DNA from: an uncultured Candidatus Binatia bacterium
GTDB lineage: Bacteria; Desulfobacterota; Binatia; UBA9968; JAJDTQ01
Direction: 5' to 3'
Length of the DNA stretch: 64,000 nucleotides
NCBI GenBank assembly: GCA_965242525.1
Contig: OZ251459.1
Location: 2,528,001-2,592,000, forward strand
Below, one piece after another: positions 8,555 through 18,800 of this stretch (its first letter is position 1; each line of letters begins with the position of its first letter). Below the pieces are notes generated by a model that worked only from the letters and a program-made list of their open reading frames with translations, had not been told where the DNA came from and searched no databases. A program made the translations under genes and the position numbers.

Positions 8555-10180
8555 ATGAACGACCGTCTCGAAGAGTCGACCGGAAAGGACGCCGGAAACG
8601 GGCCTGCCGCGCCCTGGCCGGGCTATCGGGAGATCCCGGCGCGGCTCAACCTCGTGCGGGAGGTGCTGGAGCGGCCGGTGGCCGCGGGGTTGGGGGAGCG
8701 CGCCGCAATGGTGTGGGACGGCGGCTCGCTGAGCTATGAGGCGCTGTTGCGCAGGGTGGACGGTCTGGCCCGCGGCCTGGAGGAGTTGGGGGTCTCGCCC
8801 GGAGATCCGGTGCTGGTGCAGATGCCCAACTCGCCGGAGTTCGCAACGGCCTTTCTGGCCGCGGTGAAGCTCGGGGCGCTGCCGGTGGCGGTGAACTCGC
8901 TCCTGGGAGTGAAGGAGACCGAAGCCATCCTGGAGCAGACCGAGCCCAGGCTTGCGGTCACCGAGGCGTCCCGGGCCTCTGCCCTGCGGCGGCTGCGCCG
9001 GCCCGCAGGTATCCATACCCTGGTATGCGCCGGCGAGGCCGGTGACGGCGAAGTCGCCTTCGACTCCCTGGTCCGGGAAGAGGAGGGCGTTCCCGCACGG
9101 GACGCTTCCGCCCACGAACCCGCGTTCGCGGTCTGCACCTCCGGCACCACCGGACGGCCCAAGGTCATCGTCCATGCGCATCGGTGGATCGTGGCCCTGG
9201 GGGACCTCAACCGCTACCGACTTCCGCCCGAGGACGGCGACGTGGTCATGGCCACGGGCGAGTGGAGCTTCATCAGCGCCCTGGGCCACAACCTGCTCTT
9301 TCCGCTCCGCAACGGGGTCACATGCGCGGTTCTGTCCGGGCGCGCCGCGCCCGATAACGTGCTGGCGCAAGCGGCCGCCCTGGGCGTCACCGTGCTGCAT
9401 TCCGTGGCAACGGTCTATCGCCGGATGCTGGCCGCGGAGGGGATCGAGGACCGGTACGACCTCCGCCGGCTGCGGTGCGCGCACTCCACCGGCGAGCCCC
9501 TGCGCGAGGCCGCCTACCGGCAATGGAAGTCCCGTTTCGGTTGCGAGATGTACGAGCACTACGGGGTCTCGGAGTACCAGCTCGTGGTGGGGCAGGGACC
9601 CCGGCATCCGGTGAAGCCCGGGTCGGTAGGGGTTCCGGCCCCGGACGTGGGCATTCGCCTCATGGACGACGCCGGCGGCCCGGCGCCGGATGGGGAGGCG
9701 GGGCGGGCGGTGGTCTCCGCCGACGACCCCGGGCTCTTCCTCGAATACTACCGGGACCCCGTGCGCACCGAAGCGGCGCGGGGCCGCGGCTTCTACGATA
9801 CCGGCGACCTGGCCTACCGGGACCCGGACGGCTATTTCTTCATCGTCGGACGGAGCGACGACTGTTTCAAGAGCCGCGGCCTGTTCGTCGCGCCCACGGA
9901 AGTGGAGAACGCCCTCCAGCGCCATCCCGCGGTGGCCGAGGCCGTGGTGGCGCCCGTGCCCGACCCGGAGATCGGCAACCGCGTGCTGGCCGTGGTGGTG
10001 CCGGCCCCGGGCCATGAGCCTTCCGCGGAACTGGCGGAGACCCTGCGCCGGAGCCTCGGGGAAGAACTCGCCCACTTCAAGATCCCTTACCGCATCGACT
10101 TCACCGGGTCCCTCCCCAAGAGCCCGGTGGGCAAGATCCTGCGGAGCGAGGTGGTCCCGGGAAAGTCCCGTTCGGGTTGA
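8555..10180 (+). CDS. AMP-dependent acyl/aryl-CoA ligase (benzoate-CoA ligase-like)
   Basis: TSGTTGRPK, YGVSE, YDTGD, GRSDD, EVENAL, LPKSPVGKILR. Confidence 0.9.
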   Translation: MNDRLEESTGKDAGNGPAAPWPGYREIPARLNLVREVLERPVAAGLGERAAMVWDGGSLSYEALLRRVDGLARGLEELGVSPGDPVLVQMPNSPEFATAFLAAVKLGALPVAVNSLLGVKETEAILEQTEPRLAVTEASRASALRRLRRPAGIHTLVCAGEAGDGEVAFDSLVREEEGVPARDASAHEPAFAVCTSGTTGRPKVIVHAHRWIVALGDLNRYRLPPEDGDVVMATGEWSFISALGHNLLFPLRNGVTCAVLSGRAAPDNVLAQAAALGVTVLHSVATVYRRMLAAEGIEDRYDLRRLRCAHSTGEPLREAAYRQWKSRFGCEMYEHYGVSEYQLVVGQGPRHPVKPGSVGVPAPDVGIRLMDDAGGPAPDGEAGRAVVSADDPGLFLEYYRDPVRTEAARGRGFYDTGDLAYRDPDGYFFIVGRSDDCFKSRGLFVAPTEVENALQRHPAVAEAVVAPVPDPEIGNRVLAVVVPAPGHEPSAELAETLRRSLGEELAHFKIPYRIDFTGSLPKSPVGKILRSEVVPGKSRSG

Positions 10181-10219
10181 GGGGTGAGCCGGCGCCGGCA
10201 GATCCGTAGCGCGGCGGCG

Positions 10220-10750
10220 CTAAACTGCGATGAAATTCCTGAGAAGCTCGGGGAATCGCTCAACGAACCTGGTTGCGTCGGAGTAGAGGTTGTATATCTC
10301 TTCCGATGTCTTCTCGAGCGTGAAGTCGCTGAAGTCGCGGTGGACCAGGCGATTTCTTTCCCGTCCGATCTCCAGAAACGCCTTGATGGAAGAATTCAAG
10401 CTATCGTCGTCACGCACCATCTGCTCCATACTCTTCTTGAATGCGTCTCCAAAGAGGGCAAAAAATGTATTGGCGTTTCCCGATCTCCAAGCGAACCATG
10501 TGTAGTATTGGCCGGTGATCGCCTTTATGTTGATTAGGTAGGCCAAGGGATGCTTATCGCCTATGATCTCTCTGGCAAAGTCGAACACCGCGTCCTGCAG
10601 GGAACGTTCGAAGTGACTCGCAACAGCGATCAGCAACACTTTCCGAAAGTTTTCATCTGCAATTGTGCGCCACGACACCTCGCCATGGTCTTCCAGGAAC
10701 TTCAGGATCTCCGAGAATTCGGTATGCAGGCCCTCGATTTTCGAGTTCAT
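10220..10750 (-). CDS. HEPN-domain protein (putative RNase effector)
   Basis: Rx4H motif RNRLVH; helical N-terminal ASHFE motif; ATGA overlap with the DUF262 gene; lower GC. Confidence 0.8.
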   Translation of the reverse strand: MNSKIEGLHTEFSEILKFLEDHGEVSWRTIADENFRKVLLIAVASHFERSLQDAVFDFAREIIGDKHPLAYLINIKAITGQYYTWFAWRSGNANTFFALFGDAFKKSMEQMVRDDDSLNSSIKAFLEIGRERNRLVHRDFSDFTLEKTSEEIYNLYSDATRFVERFPELLRNFIAV

Positions 10751-11937
10751 CGGGGATGGCTCTCGGTTTCCAGTGAACCGACGATCTTTCGTGCGCTGTC
10801 CAGTCTTTTTCGTATGCTGGACGTTTGCGTAGTGCCTGCGTGGCTCGCTTCGGCGAAGCCCTGATCCTTTTCAAGCTCCCGTATCCGATTGACGTCCAGG
10901 GAGCCTTTGACAAAGCTGCGATTCTTGAATGCCTTCTCACAAGCTGCGGTGAATGCGGCTTCATAGAGAGCTATGTTGAACCGTCCGTTCCTGACGAAAG
11001 CTTCCTTTGGCAAGGTCGAGCAGGCGTTCAGGAAAGACTTGAAGAGACCGTCGAGATACTGGTTGTTCTCATCGGAGTTGTACAGTTTGCATTTGTTGGA
11101 AAACTGGTTGAGGAACTTGACCATGGAAGGCGTGTAATTCTCTCCTTCGATGAGCATGGCAAATCCGCGGAGGAGGATTTCTACGTCCTTCCTGTGCAGA
11201 TCGGGTTCGGGTCGATCCAGGAGCCTTCGCCACTCCGGAATGCTGTTGATCCGGTACAGCAGCTCATAGAAATTCGAATGGTACATACTACTGCGGATTT
11301 CCTGTGGTCCCAGGATAATGCCGCCTGAATTGAGTCGGTTGAAGATTTCGTATATCGAGGAATCATCGTCGGAAGGCAAATTTTGCTTGACAACGATATT
11401 TCGGAGTGGCCGCAGGTCGAACTGTACCTTATGTTCTCCAAGTGTCGAGTAGTTCAGGTTTTTGAAGCGGTTATGCTGGCTTGGCAGTTTATCGGGCAGT
11501 TGAAGGTTAAATGCCTGGAAGTACTTGTCGTCGTGCAGGATCTCATCGGGAATTTTCCCTTCACGATGAAAAACCTCACGGAGCGCTACTCTTTTGTCTG
11601 CTTTGGGGAAACGCATTTTCACAAAGTAGTAGATGGACATCAGGCGCTGTTGCCCATCTATCACGAGAAACTGGTTACGTTGCTGCTCGTACAGAAAGAG
11701 TTGAGGTATCGGCAGACCGAGGATAAGTGATTCGATCAGTCTGGAGGCGCGCCTCAAATCCCATACGAAGTTGCGTTGGAAGCCGGGAATCCGCACTGCG
11801 CCTGATTCCACGAAGCTGTACAAGGTCATCACGTTGAAGTCGTTGGGAGATACCGTGACGTCGTACTCTTCGACTTCTATTCCATCGGCGTCTTGCGCGT
11901 AATCCTCAAACCAAGAGGATGCTCCGTTGTCGTCCAT
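10747..11937 (-). CDS. DUF262 (ParB/GmrS-like) domain protein
   Basis: PGFQRNFVWD, LIESLILGLPIP, VIDGQQRL, IFNRLNSGG; ATG 11937 follows GAGGAG (ORF track starts at GTG 11955). Confidence 0.9.
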   Translation of the reverse strand: MDDNGASSWFEDYAQDADGIEVEEYDVTVSPNDFNVMTLYSFVESGAVRIPGFQRNFVWDLRRASRLIESLILGLPIPQLFLYEQQRNQFLVIDGQQRLMSIYYFVKMRFPKADKRVALREVFHREGKIPDEILHDDKYFQAFNLQLPDKLPSQHNRFKNLNYSTLGEHKVQFDLRPLRNIVVKQNLPSDDDSSIYEIFNRLNSGGIILGPQEIRSSMYHSNFYELLYRINSIPEWRRLLDRPEPDLHRKDVEILLRGFAMLIEGENYTPSMVKFLNQFSNKCKLYNSDENNQYLDGLFKSFLNACSTLPKEAFVRNGRFNIALYEAAFTAACEKAFKNRSFVKGSLDVNRIRELEKDQGFAEASHAGTTQTSSIRKRLDSARKIVGSLETESHPR

Positions 11938-11988
11938 GTGCTTCTCCTCGTTCACCCTTGCGCCGCAACAGTGCGACTCGGCCGCCTG

Positions 11989-12017
11989 AATATATCAAGG
12001 GAGTCCGTCCGCGTCAA
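11989..12017 (-). promoter_or_regulatory. Sigma70-like promoter for DUF262-HEPN (TTGACG-N17-TATATT)
   Basis: Near-consensus hexamers with a 17-bp spacer. Confidence 0.6.
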
Positions 12018-12018
12018 G

Positions 12019-12046
12019 TTGGCAACTGCCCCGGGTCCCTTGCCAA
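12019..12046. terminator. Hairpin ttggcaa...ttgccaa just downstream of res
   Basis: Inverted repeat; no clear U-tract. Confidence 0.3.
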
Positions 12047-12049
12047 AGG

Positions 12050-15000
12050 TCAGGCTGCCGATTGCAGCGCGTGCCGGATGACCTGTTCCAGGCAATCGGG
12101 CTCGTTCAGGAAATAGACGCCGTCCGCCTTCCAGTCGCGGGCGGGGCGTCCGCGGTCGTCGATGTCCGCGGCCGGTGTGACGGAGAGGACGTAGGCGCCC
12201 AGACGAAGGTTCGGGTCCACCCTGCGCACCTGCCTTTCGATCTCCGCCATGTTCCGGTGCAATTGCACCTTTTCCCGTTCCTTTCGACCGAACCGGCTCA
12301 GCCCCTTGGGGTCGAGGAACAGGACGTGTTGCCGCTCGCCTTCCTTCAGCCAGACGATGAAGTCCGGGTAGTAGCCGAAGTCGTCGAAGAACGACACGCC
12401 CCGGCCCCGGGTCAGGTTGCGGATGAGGAACAACTCCCTGCCCTGCAGGCAGGGGTCGTCCTTCCGGGCCAGCCGTTCCAGCCCCTCCACCACGCGCCTC
12501 TCCGTCACGTCCAGGGGAACGGGCTGGACCGTAACCACGCGGTCCTTCCTGGCGTAGAGCAGGGGCTGGTAGGCATGGGCGCGGGCGGGTATGACGCCGA
12601 CCTTCAGGCGTGCGTACCAGTCCTTCAACTCGGCGTACCGGCCTTCCCGCAGGTTGGCGGCCAACTCGCTGGCGTCCCGGACCAACTGGTCCTCGGCCGA
12701 ATCCACGGACAGGTCGTAAGCCCCGGCGTTGTTCGGGTCGTCCTCGTCCAGGGTGACCACCGTGACCCTGTGGTGCTCCCAGCGCCGGCGTTGCCCGCGC
12801 CAGAAGCGCTCTGCGTATTCCGTGACGAGATCGACCGCGACGTCCTCCAGGCCGCGCGCCTGCCGGAACCCGGCGGAGTGCAGCCGTTCCGGCGGCAGGT
12901 AGAGTTCGTACCAGTCGTCGCTTTGCAGCAGTCGTTCCACGGTCCGCAGCGGGACGGCTAGGTTGCGCCAGTCCCTCTGCCGCTTGCGCCGCAGCAGCCG
13001 TTCATGGACCCGGGCCGCGTCGAAGAAGGCGGCATGGGGCTTGAGGCTGGCCAGGGATCTTTCCGCTTCGCGGCCGGCCGCGCCGCCGGAAGCAACGGAC
13101 TGGAGCCGGGAGTACAGGTCCAGCGTTACGTTGGGACGTCCGTCCTCCTCCGGCCCCGGCAGCGCGGGGCGTTGGTCGGAAAGGTCGTACCGCTCGTCCT
13201 CTTCGAGCCGGATGAGCTTCAGGTCCGTCTTCCGGGAGAAGTTCCAGGTGACCGGCAGCGAGAAGGTCTCCTGTTCGGTGCGCATCCCCTCCTTTGCCAG
13301 CAGGTCCCGGAATGCCTGCATGTAGTTGGCGCGCAGTCCGAAGACGTACAGCTTCTCCAACTCCGCCAGCTCGGCGCTGTCCGCGGGCGCCGCCGCCCCG
13401 GTTTCCCGGTGCCGCTTCAGGCTCATGTTCCAGCCCTTCAGGCGCACCCCGCGCCCGAACATCTGGATGATCTCCGGTCCTTCGCCCACGCCCACGTGCA
13501 TCAGCCCCATGGTGCTCACGCGCCAGGAGTTCCAGCCCGCGATGAAGCGGCGCGCCCCGATGACCACGTTCACGGGCGAGCCCGGCCGGTCCACGTTGAC
13601 GAACAGCCGCTCCGCAAAGCCCATCTCCCGCTCCACGTCGAAGTCCGGGTCGGGCTGCTCGGTGAGCAGTTTGTAGAGCGCCGCGGAGTCGCCGACGTTG
13701 ACCACCCCGAAGGGGTCGTGGTCCGAGGTCCGAAGGTGCAGCTCGCCCTCGCCCGCGGTGAGATAGGCCACGTGCAACGGCCCCGGGCCGTGGAACAGCG
13801 TGTCGCACAGGTCCGCGTAGAGGTCCTCGCCGGCCGGCAGGTGGGAGAGGCGGTCGGCGAAGACGTCGCGGCCGGCGTCGTCGAGCAGGCCCGATTCCCC
13901 GGCCAGCAGGCGCGCGATCATGGAACGCACCGCGTCTTCGTGGGCCAGCACCCAGCCCAGGAAGCTCAGGATGCGGACCACGTCGGACCGGGTTGCCTTG
14001 TCCGCCTTGCTCGATCCGGTCACGGTCTTGCCCAGGAAGACCCACAGGGGCTTGGCCGGGTTGAACGCCCGCCAACTCGCGCCCTTTTCCCGCCAGAGGC
14101 GGCATTGCTGGTAGAAGGTCAGCAGGCAGCCCAGCAGGTACGTGTCGCTGTTCGCGTCCTGCACCCCGCCCGGCAGGTTCAGGATGGCGTAGTCCTTGCC
14201 GTAGCCGTCCTCGTGGAACCGGCGGTAGGAATAGTCGAACAGCAGGCACTTGCCGTAGGCGTTCAGCAGGTCCTCGTCCTTCTTCCGGCTCACGATCTGG
14301 TTGAAGGTGGCCGAGTACTCGAACGTGAAGCCGCCCCGGGAGAGTTCCTTGCGATGTTCGCGCCAGGCATTGCCGGACGCGCCGAGGTGCCCCTCGTCCA
14401 CCAGCACCAGGTTGTCGTCGCCGAAGTCCTGCACCGCCACCCGCTTCACGCCCTTGCGCCTGGCCAGCTTGTTCAAGTCGATGATCTCCACCGGCGCGAA
14501 CAGGTCCGAACCGGCGCCGCTGGAGAACAGCCGCGCGTGCAGGCCGCTTTCCCGCAACTCCCGCTCGTGCTGCGCCGACATCTGTTCGTTGGGGGTCACC
14601 AGCACGACGTTGTTCAAGCGCCCGCCGGCCCGTCCCAGGTAGCGCCGGTATTGCAGGATGTGGGCGTGCATGAGCAGGGTCTTGCCGGAGCCGGTGGCGC
14701 TCTGGAAGGCCAGGGTGCGCAGGTCGTCCCGCGTGTAGTCCGGGAGGCCGAAGGTTGGCGGGTAGTGGGATTTCGCCTTGTTCAGGTCTGCGCACAGGGC
14801 CTCGGGGTCGTCGAAGTAGCGGCACAGGTAGTGCTCGGTGAACAGCAGGGCCAGGTACTGGTGCGGCTTCCAGGTCCGCCCGTGCTCCCCGGTCATGCGC
14901 AGCCGCCGGCTCAGCGCCCCGATGTGGGCGTCGTACTCGGCGAACCGGTCGGGGATCACCTGGACACGCTTGGGGTTCAGGTACAGCGCCCGCGCGTACT

Positions 15001-15157
15001 CGCTCTCGCCGTCCCCGTCGAGCCCGGCCGGCGCGTCCCCCAGCCGTTCGAGCATCGCGCCCAGGTCCTCGTAGCCGAACTCCCGGCAGATGAAGCGGTG
15101 GAGGGCGAGGCGGTTTTCGAGGGGTATGCTTCCTATCTGACGGCGACGTGACAGCAT
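12050..15157 (-). CDS. res: Type III restriction enzyme Res subunit (SF2 helicase plus PD-(D/E)xK nuclease)
   Basis: QSATGSGKT, VDEGH, EYSATF, QMFGRGVRL, YPDFIVW...FLDPKG; probable ATG 15157 overlaps the upstream TGA. Confidence 0.9.
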   Translation of the reverse strand: MLSRRRQIGSIPLENRLALHRFICREFGYEDLGAMLERLGDAPAGLDGDGESEYARALYLNPKRVQVIPDRFAEYDAHIGALSRRLRMTGEHGRTWKPHQYLALLFTEHYLCRYFDDPEALCADLNKAKSHYPPTFGLPDYTRDDLRTLAFQSATGSGKTLLMHAHILQYRRYLGRAGGRLNNVVLVTPNEQMSAQHERELRESGLHARLFSSGAGSDLFAPVEIIDLNKLARRKGVKRVAVQDFGDDNLVLVDEGHLGASGNAWREHRKELSRGGFTFEYSATFNQIVSRKKDEDLLNAYGKCLLFDYSYRRFHEDGYGKDYAILNLPGGVQDANSDTYLLGCLLTFYQQCRLWREKGASWRAFNPAKPLWVFLGKTVTGSSKADKATRSDVVRILSFLGWVLAHEDAVRSMIARLLAGESGLLDDAGRDVFADRLSHLPAGEDLYADLCDTLFHGPGPLHVAYLTAGEGELHLRTSDHDPFGVVNVGDSAALYKLLTEQPDPDFDVEREMGFAERLFVNVDRPGSPVNVVIGARRFIAGWNSWRVSTMGLMHVGVGEGPEIIQMFGRGVRLKGWNMSLKRHRETGAAAPADSAELAELEKLYVFGLRANYMQAFRDLLAKEGMRTEQETFSLPVTWNFSRKTDLKLIRLEEDERYDLSDQRPALPGPEEDGRPNVTLDLYSRLQSVASGGAAGREAERSLASLKPHAAFFDAARVHERLLRRKRQRDWRNLAVPLRTVERLLQSDDWYELYLPPERLHSAGFRQARGLEDVAVDLVTEYAERFWRGQRRRWEHHRVTVVTLDEDDPNNAGAYDLSVDSAEDQLVRDASELAANLREGRYAELKDWYARLKVGVIPARAHAYQPLLYARKDRVVTVQPVPLDVTERRVVEGLERLARKDDPCLQGRELFLIRNLTRGRGVSFFDDFGYYPDFIVWLKEGERQHVLFLDPKGLSRFGRKEREKVQLHRNMAEIERQVRRVDPNLRLGAYVLSVTPAADIDDRGRPARDWKADGVYFLNEPDCLEQVIRHALQSAA

Positions 15158-15828
15158 CAGCAAAACAACTTGACTGCAAGCAAAACGATTGCACAAACAC
15201 CCAAGAGCGCTGGGAAGATCAGTGGAGCGAAGATATACTCCAATGACCCAACAATGCGATAATAATACATGAACAACTGTATATCATACCTTTTTCTATT
15301 GGCAGAAATAGATTCATCACTTGGCTGTTTTGGCTCAGCTATGTCCTTCGATGATTCATCACTTGGCTGTTTTGGCTTAGCTGTGTCCTTCAAGATGTCC
15401 TCGCTAATAGACTTACTAAGGGGTTCACTGAAATGAAGCTCAAAATAGGAAGGTTGAGTGAATTCGCCTTTGCGCGAAGTCCAAAAATGCTTAAGGAGGC
15501 GGGTTCCATTCAATTGTCTGTGTAGTTTCCATGTGGAAAAAATGAATTTAACCATGAAGTAAGTCAATATGATGATTAAAAAAATCAAAAGTTTGCTTTC
15601 TGTAATTCCGGTAATTAGAATCCCCCGAACTATCGCACCTACTTCCTCTTCATTGCCAGTGTGTGCTACATTCAGACCCAAGTCTCCAAGAACGTAAAAA
15701 ATGGAGATAAACGACCATAAAATGGTCAATTTACGATCGCGACGATTTAGGTCGTCGTCTACATGGACTTTGTATATCTCGATGAGTTCATCCAAGTCTT
15801 CAGCTTCCCGCTTCTGATCTTCTGTCAT
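15157..15828 (-). CDS. AT-rich hypothetical membrane protein (about 3 TM segments) between mod and res
   Basis: 223-aa ORF overlapping mod (ATGA) and res (TGATG); hydrophobic segments; internal 42-bp duplication encoding PKQPSDES twice. Confidence 0.75.
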   Translation of the reverse strand: MTEDQKREAEDLDELIEIYKVHVDDDLNRRDRKLTILWSFISIFYVLGDLGLNVAHTGNEEEVGAIVRGILITGITESKLLIFLIIILTYFMVKFIFSTWKLHRQLNGTRLLKHFWTSRKGEFTQPSYFELHFSEPLSKSISEDILKDTAKPKQPSDESSKDIAEPKQPSDESISANRKRYDIQLFMYYYRIVGSLEYIFAPLIFPALLGVCAIVLLAVKLFC

Positions 15829-18800
15829 GACTCTATCTCCTCAAACATCAGTTCCCGGAAAACGGGATCGAGGGTTTCGGCAACCCAGGTTTCGCCGGGA
15901 TGCTGCATGGCGTTCAGCGTGTGGTCGCCGTTGACGTAGATTAGGTCCAGGGATGAGACGAATCGGTCGCGGTTGCGGTCGAACCAGGCGTCCAGCGCGG
16001 CATAGTCCGTCTCGTGGATGTTGCGCCAGAGGATCAGGCAACGGCGCCCCTCGGCCTCCATGCCTGTGATGGTGAGTATGTCATCGATCCGGCGGCGGGA
16101 CTCCACACGCAGGCCGATCAGGTAGTTGAAGGTTTCGGGCAGATCGACCGGGACTTCGCAGCGCACACCGTCGCGCACGACGGAGACGGTGTAGGCGAAG
16201 GGGTCCCGGAGCTCGTTGCCCAGCAAGGCGGGGCTGCCGGAGGTTTCGACGCCGAGGGCGTAGCGCAGCCGGTAGTCCTCTGCCATCTCCGGATTCTTGG
16301 CCAGGAGATCTTTCTGGCCGTCCGACAGTGGCGCTACTACGAGGCTGTCCATCGTATCTTCGTAGGATTCGAGGCGAACGTACTCGAACAACTGGCTGAC
16401 GCCGTTGCGCGAGACCGGCTTCCCGTTCTTCCAGTCCGGCGAATAGACGACCTTCTTCATGCGCGGCAGGATGATCGTGTCGAAGTGGCGACCGATTTCC
16501 ACGAGCGTGTACCGCTGCTGCCCGCCGTCCTCCCGGTTGAGGTTGACCACCGCATGGCCGGTGGCGCCGGAGCCGGCGAAGAAGTCGAGAACCCGCGCAC
16601 CGGCTTCGTCGCCGCCCGAAGCGCGGATACAGTCCTCCACCAGAGCGACGGATTTCGGAAAATCGAAGGGGTTGTCTCCGAACAGTTCCTTGAGCACCCT
16701 GGCTCCGTGGTTGGAGGATGCATACTTGGCGTCCCCCCACCATGTCTTGGGCGTGGACTCCACGTCCATACGCTGCATGAAGTGGATGCTGATGCCCTCC
16801 GTCCCCGGACCGTTGCCGTTTCTTTGCACACGGTATTCGCCGGCTTCTTGAGAGACCCGCTCCCAACCGCGCTCCCAGTTCTTCTCGATCTTCGTCCCGT
16901 CCTGCTCCTTTACCGGCCAGACGACGGTTTCGTCCTTGCGCGGCTGCTCCAGGATTCGGTATTCCGAGCTTTGCTCGTCCCATTCCATTTTCGGAATACG
17001 CAACGTGTCGTCGTCACTGACGTAGATCGGGTAGTACAACTTCGGCCGGTCGGCCCGCCGGTCGTTCGTTCCCGTCCGAAGCAGGTTGCGCCAGGCGTAC
17101 CGTCCGCTCTCGTCGGAGAGGGGGTATCTCTGCTTCTCTTTCTCCGTCTTGAGAAGCGGCCCGGGGACGGCTTTCTCGCTACCGTAGAACAAGGCGTATT
17201 CGTGGGTCGGCGACAGCTTTCCCACCGACGTCCGGCCGATCGGCGTCGAGCGAACCGGAGCGACGCCGATTTCCTTGTCGAACACGTCCTGCAACAATGC
17301 GCGTAACCGCCAGACCTCTTCGTCGTCGATGGCGCAACAGAGAATGCCGTCCTGAACCAGGAGCGCCTTGGCGAGCGGCAAACGGTTCTCCATCAGCGAC
17401 AACCACGACGAATCCTTGAGGTCGTTCTTGTACAGTATCGACGACGATGCGGTGTTGTACGGCGGATCGATGTACACGCACTGCACCTGCCCCCCATACC
17501 GCGCCTGCAGCAGGTTCAGCGCCTGGAAGTTCTCTCCGTGCACCAGCAGGCCATCCGTCTGCTCGTCCAGCGGTCCGGCGTCGGAGAGGGCGGCCAGCAG
17601 CCGGTCTGTGAAGTCCCGGTCGAAGTGCCGTGTGTCCAGCACCAGGAAGGGGTTGGCCTTGAGGAAATCGACGCTCGGGGGGACGCTCCAGGCCGCGTTG
17701 CCGTTGGTCAAATCCCCCGCTATCTCGTCCACCGCGAACAACTCGACCCACTCCTCGCATTGCGCGGCGTTGGCGGCGACCTCCGGGTGCAGCGCTTCCG
17801 GCACCCGGTCCAAGGTGACGCACCAGTTGGTTTCCAACACCAACTTCTTCTTGAGCCAGAGCCGCTTCTGGAAGTCCTCCAGTTGCGCTAGGAAGTCGAT
17901 GATCTTCCCGCCCACGTGGCGCATGGCCCGCACCCGGGCCAAGGCGCGGTCCAGCCGGGGGGCGTCGCCCTGTTCCAGGTCGTCCAGGTTCAGGACCTCG
18001 GTGTTCAGATAGAGGTCCAGTTCCTGGCGCAGGAAGCCGCTCAGGTCCTTGTGGATGAAGTAGTCGAAGCTGTTCTTCGCTGTGTAACGATCGAGGTGTT
18101 TCGCGAGCAGGGTGCGCTCGCCGTTGGCGTTGGTCGGGGCCGGCGCGGTCAGCGCGGCCTGCCAGTCCGGGTCCACCGCGTTCAGGATCCGTTCGACCGT
18201 CGCCTCGTTGATGCAACCCTGTTGCGAGACGCCGTTGCCCGGCCACCGCTTCTTCTCGCCCTCCGTCAGCGGCCGGTGCTCGAAGCGGACGGCCAGTTCC
18301 CCGTCCTCGACCGCGGCGGCGCCCTTGCCGCGCGCAAGCACGAAGCGGCGCTGCCGGCCGTTGGCTTCCTTGACGTTGTCCTTCTCGTTGTCCGCTGCGG
18401 CGATCTCGAAGCGCACGCGCCTCGCCGCATCGCCCGCGCCCACCGTGAAGGCGTAGCTCGCGTAGTTCTCGGTGGTCTTGACGTAGTACTGGTCCGCGTT
18501 GGCCCAGTGGAGCTTCACTTCCTCGCCGTCGTAGGGAACGAGGTAGGCGGACCGGCCGCCGCTCGAATAGCGGCGTTGCGAGACGAAGTCGCCCTCGGTG
18601 TAGTAGCGGGCGAAGAAGTTGGCCAGATGGTTGTAAACGTCGGCCTCGGCGTCCGCGTCCTTCTTCATCTCGGCGAGCCGCCGGTTCAGCTTGGCGATCT
18701 TGGGTGGGGGTTCGGCATTGGGGCTGAGCCCCAGCTCCCATGCCTGCTTGCGGGCGGCCTCCAGTTCCTCTTCCAGCTCGGCCCGTTCTTCGGCGCTGGT

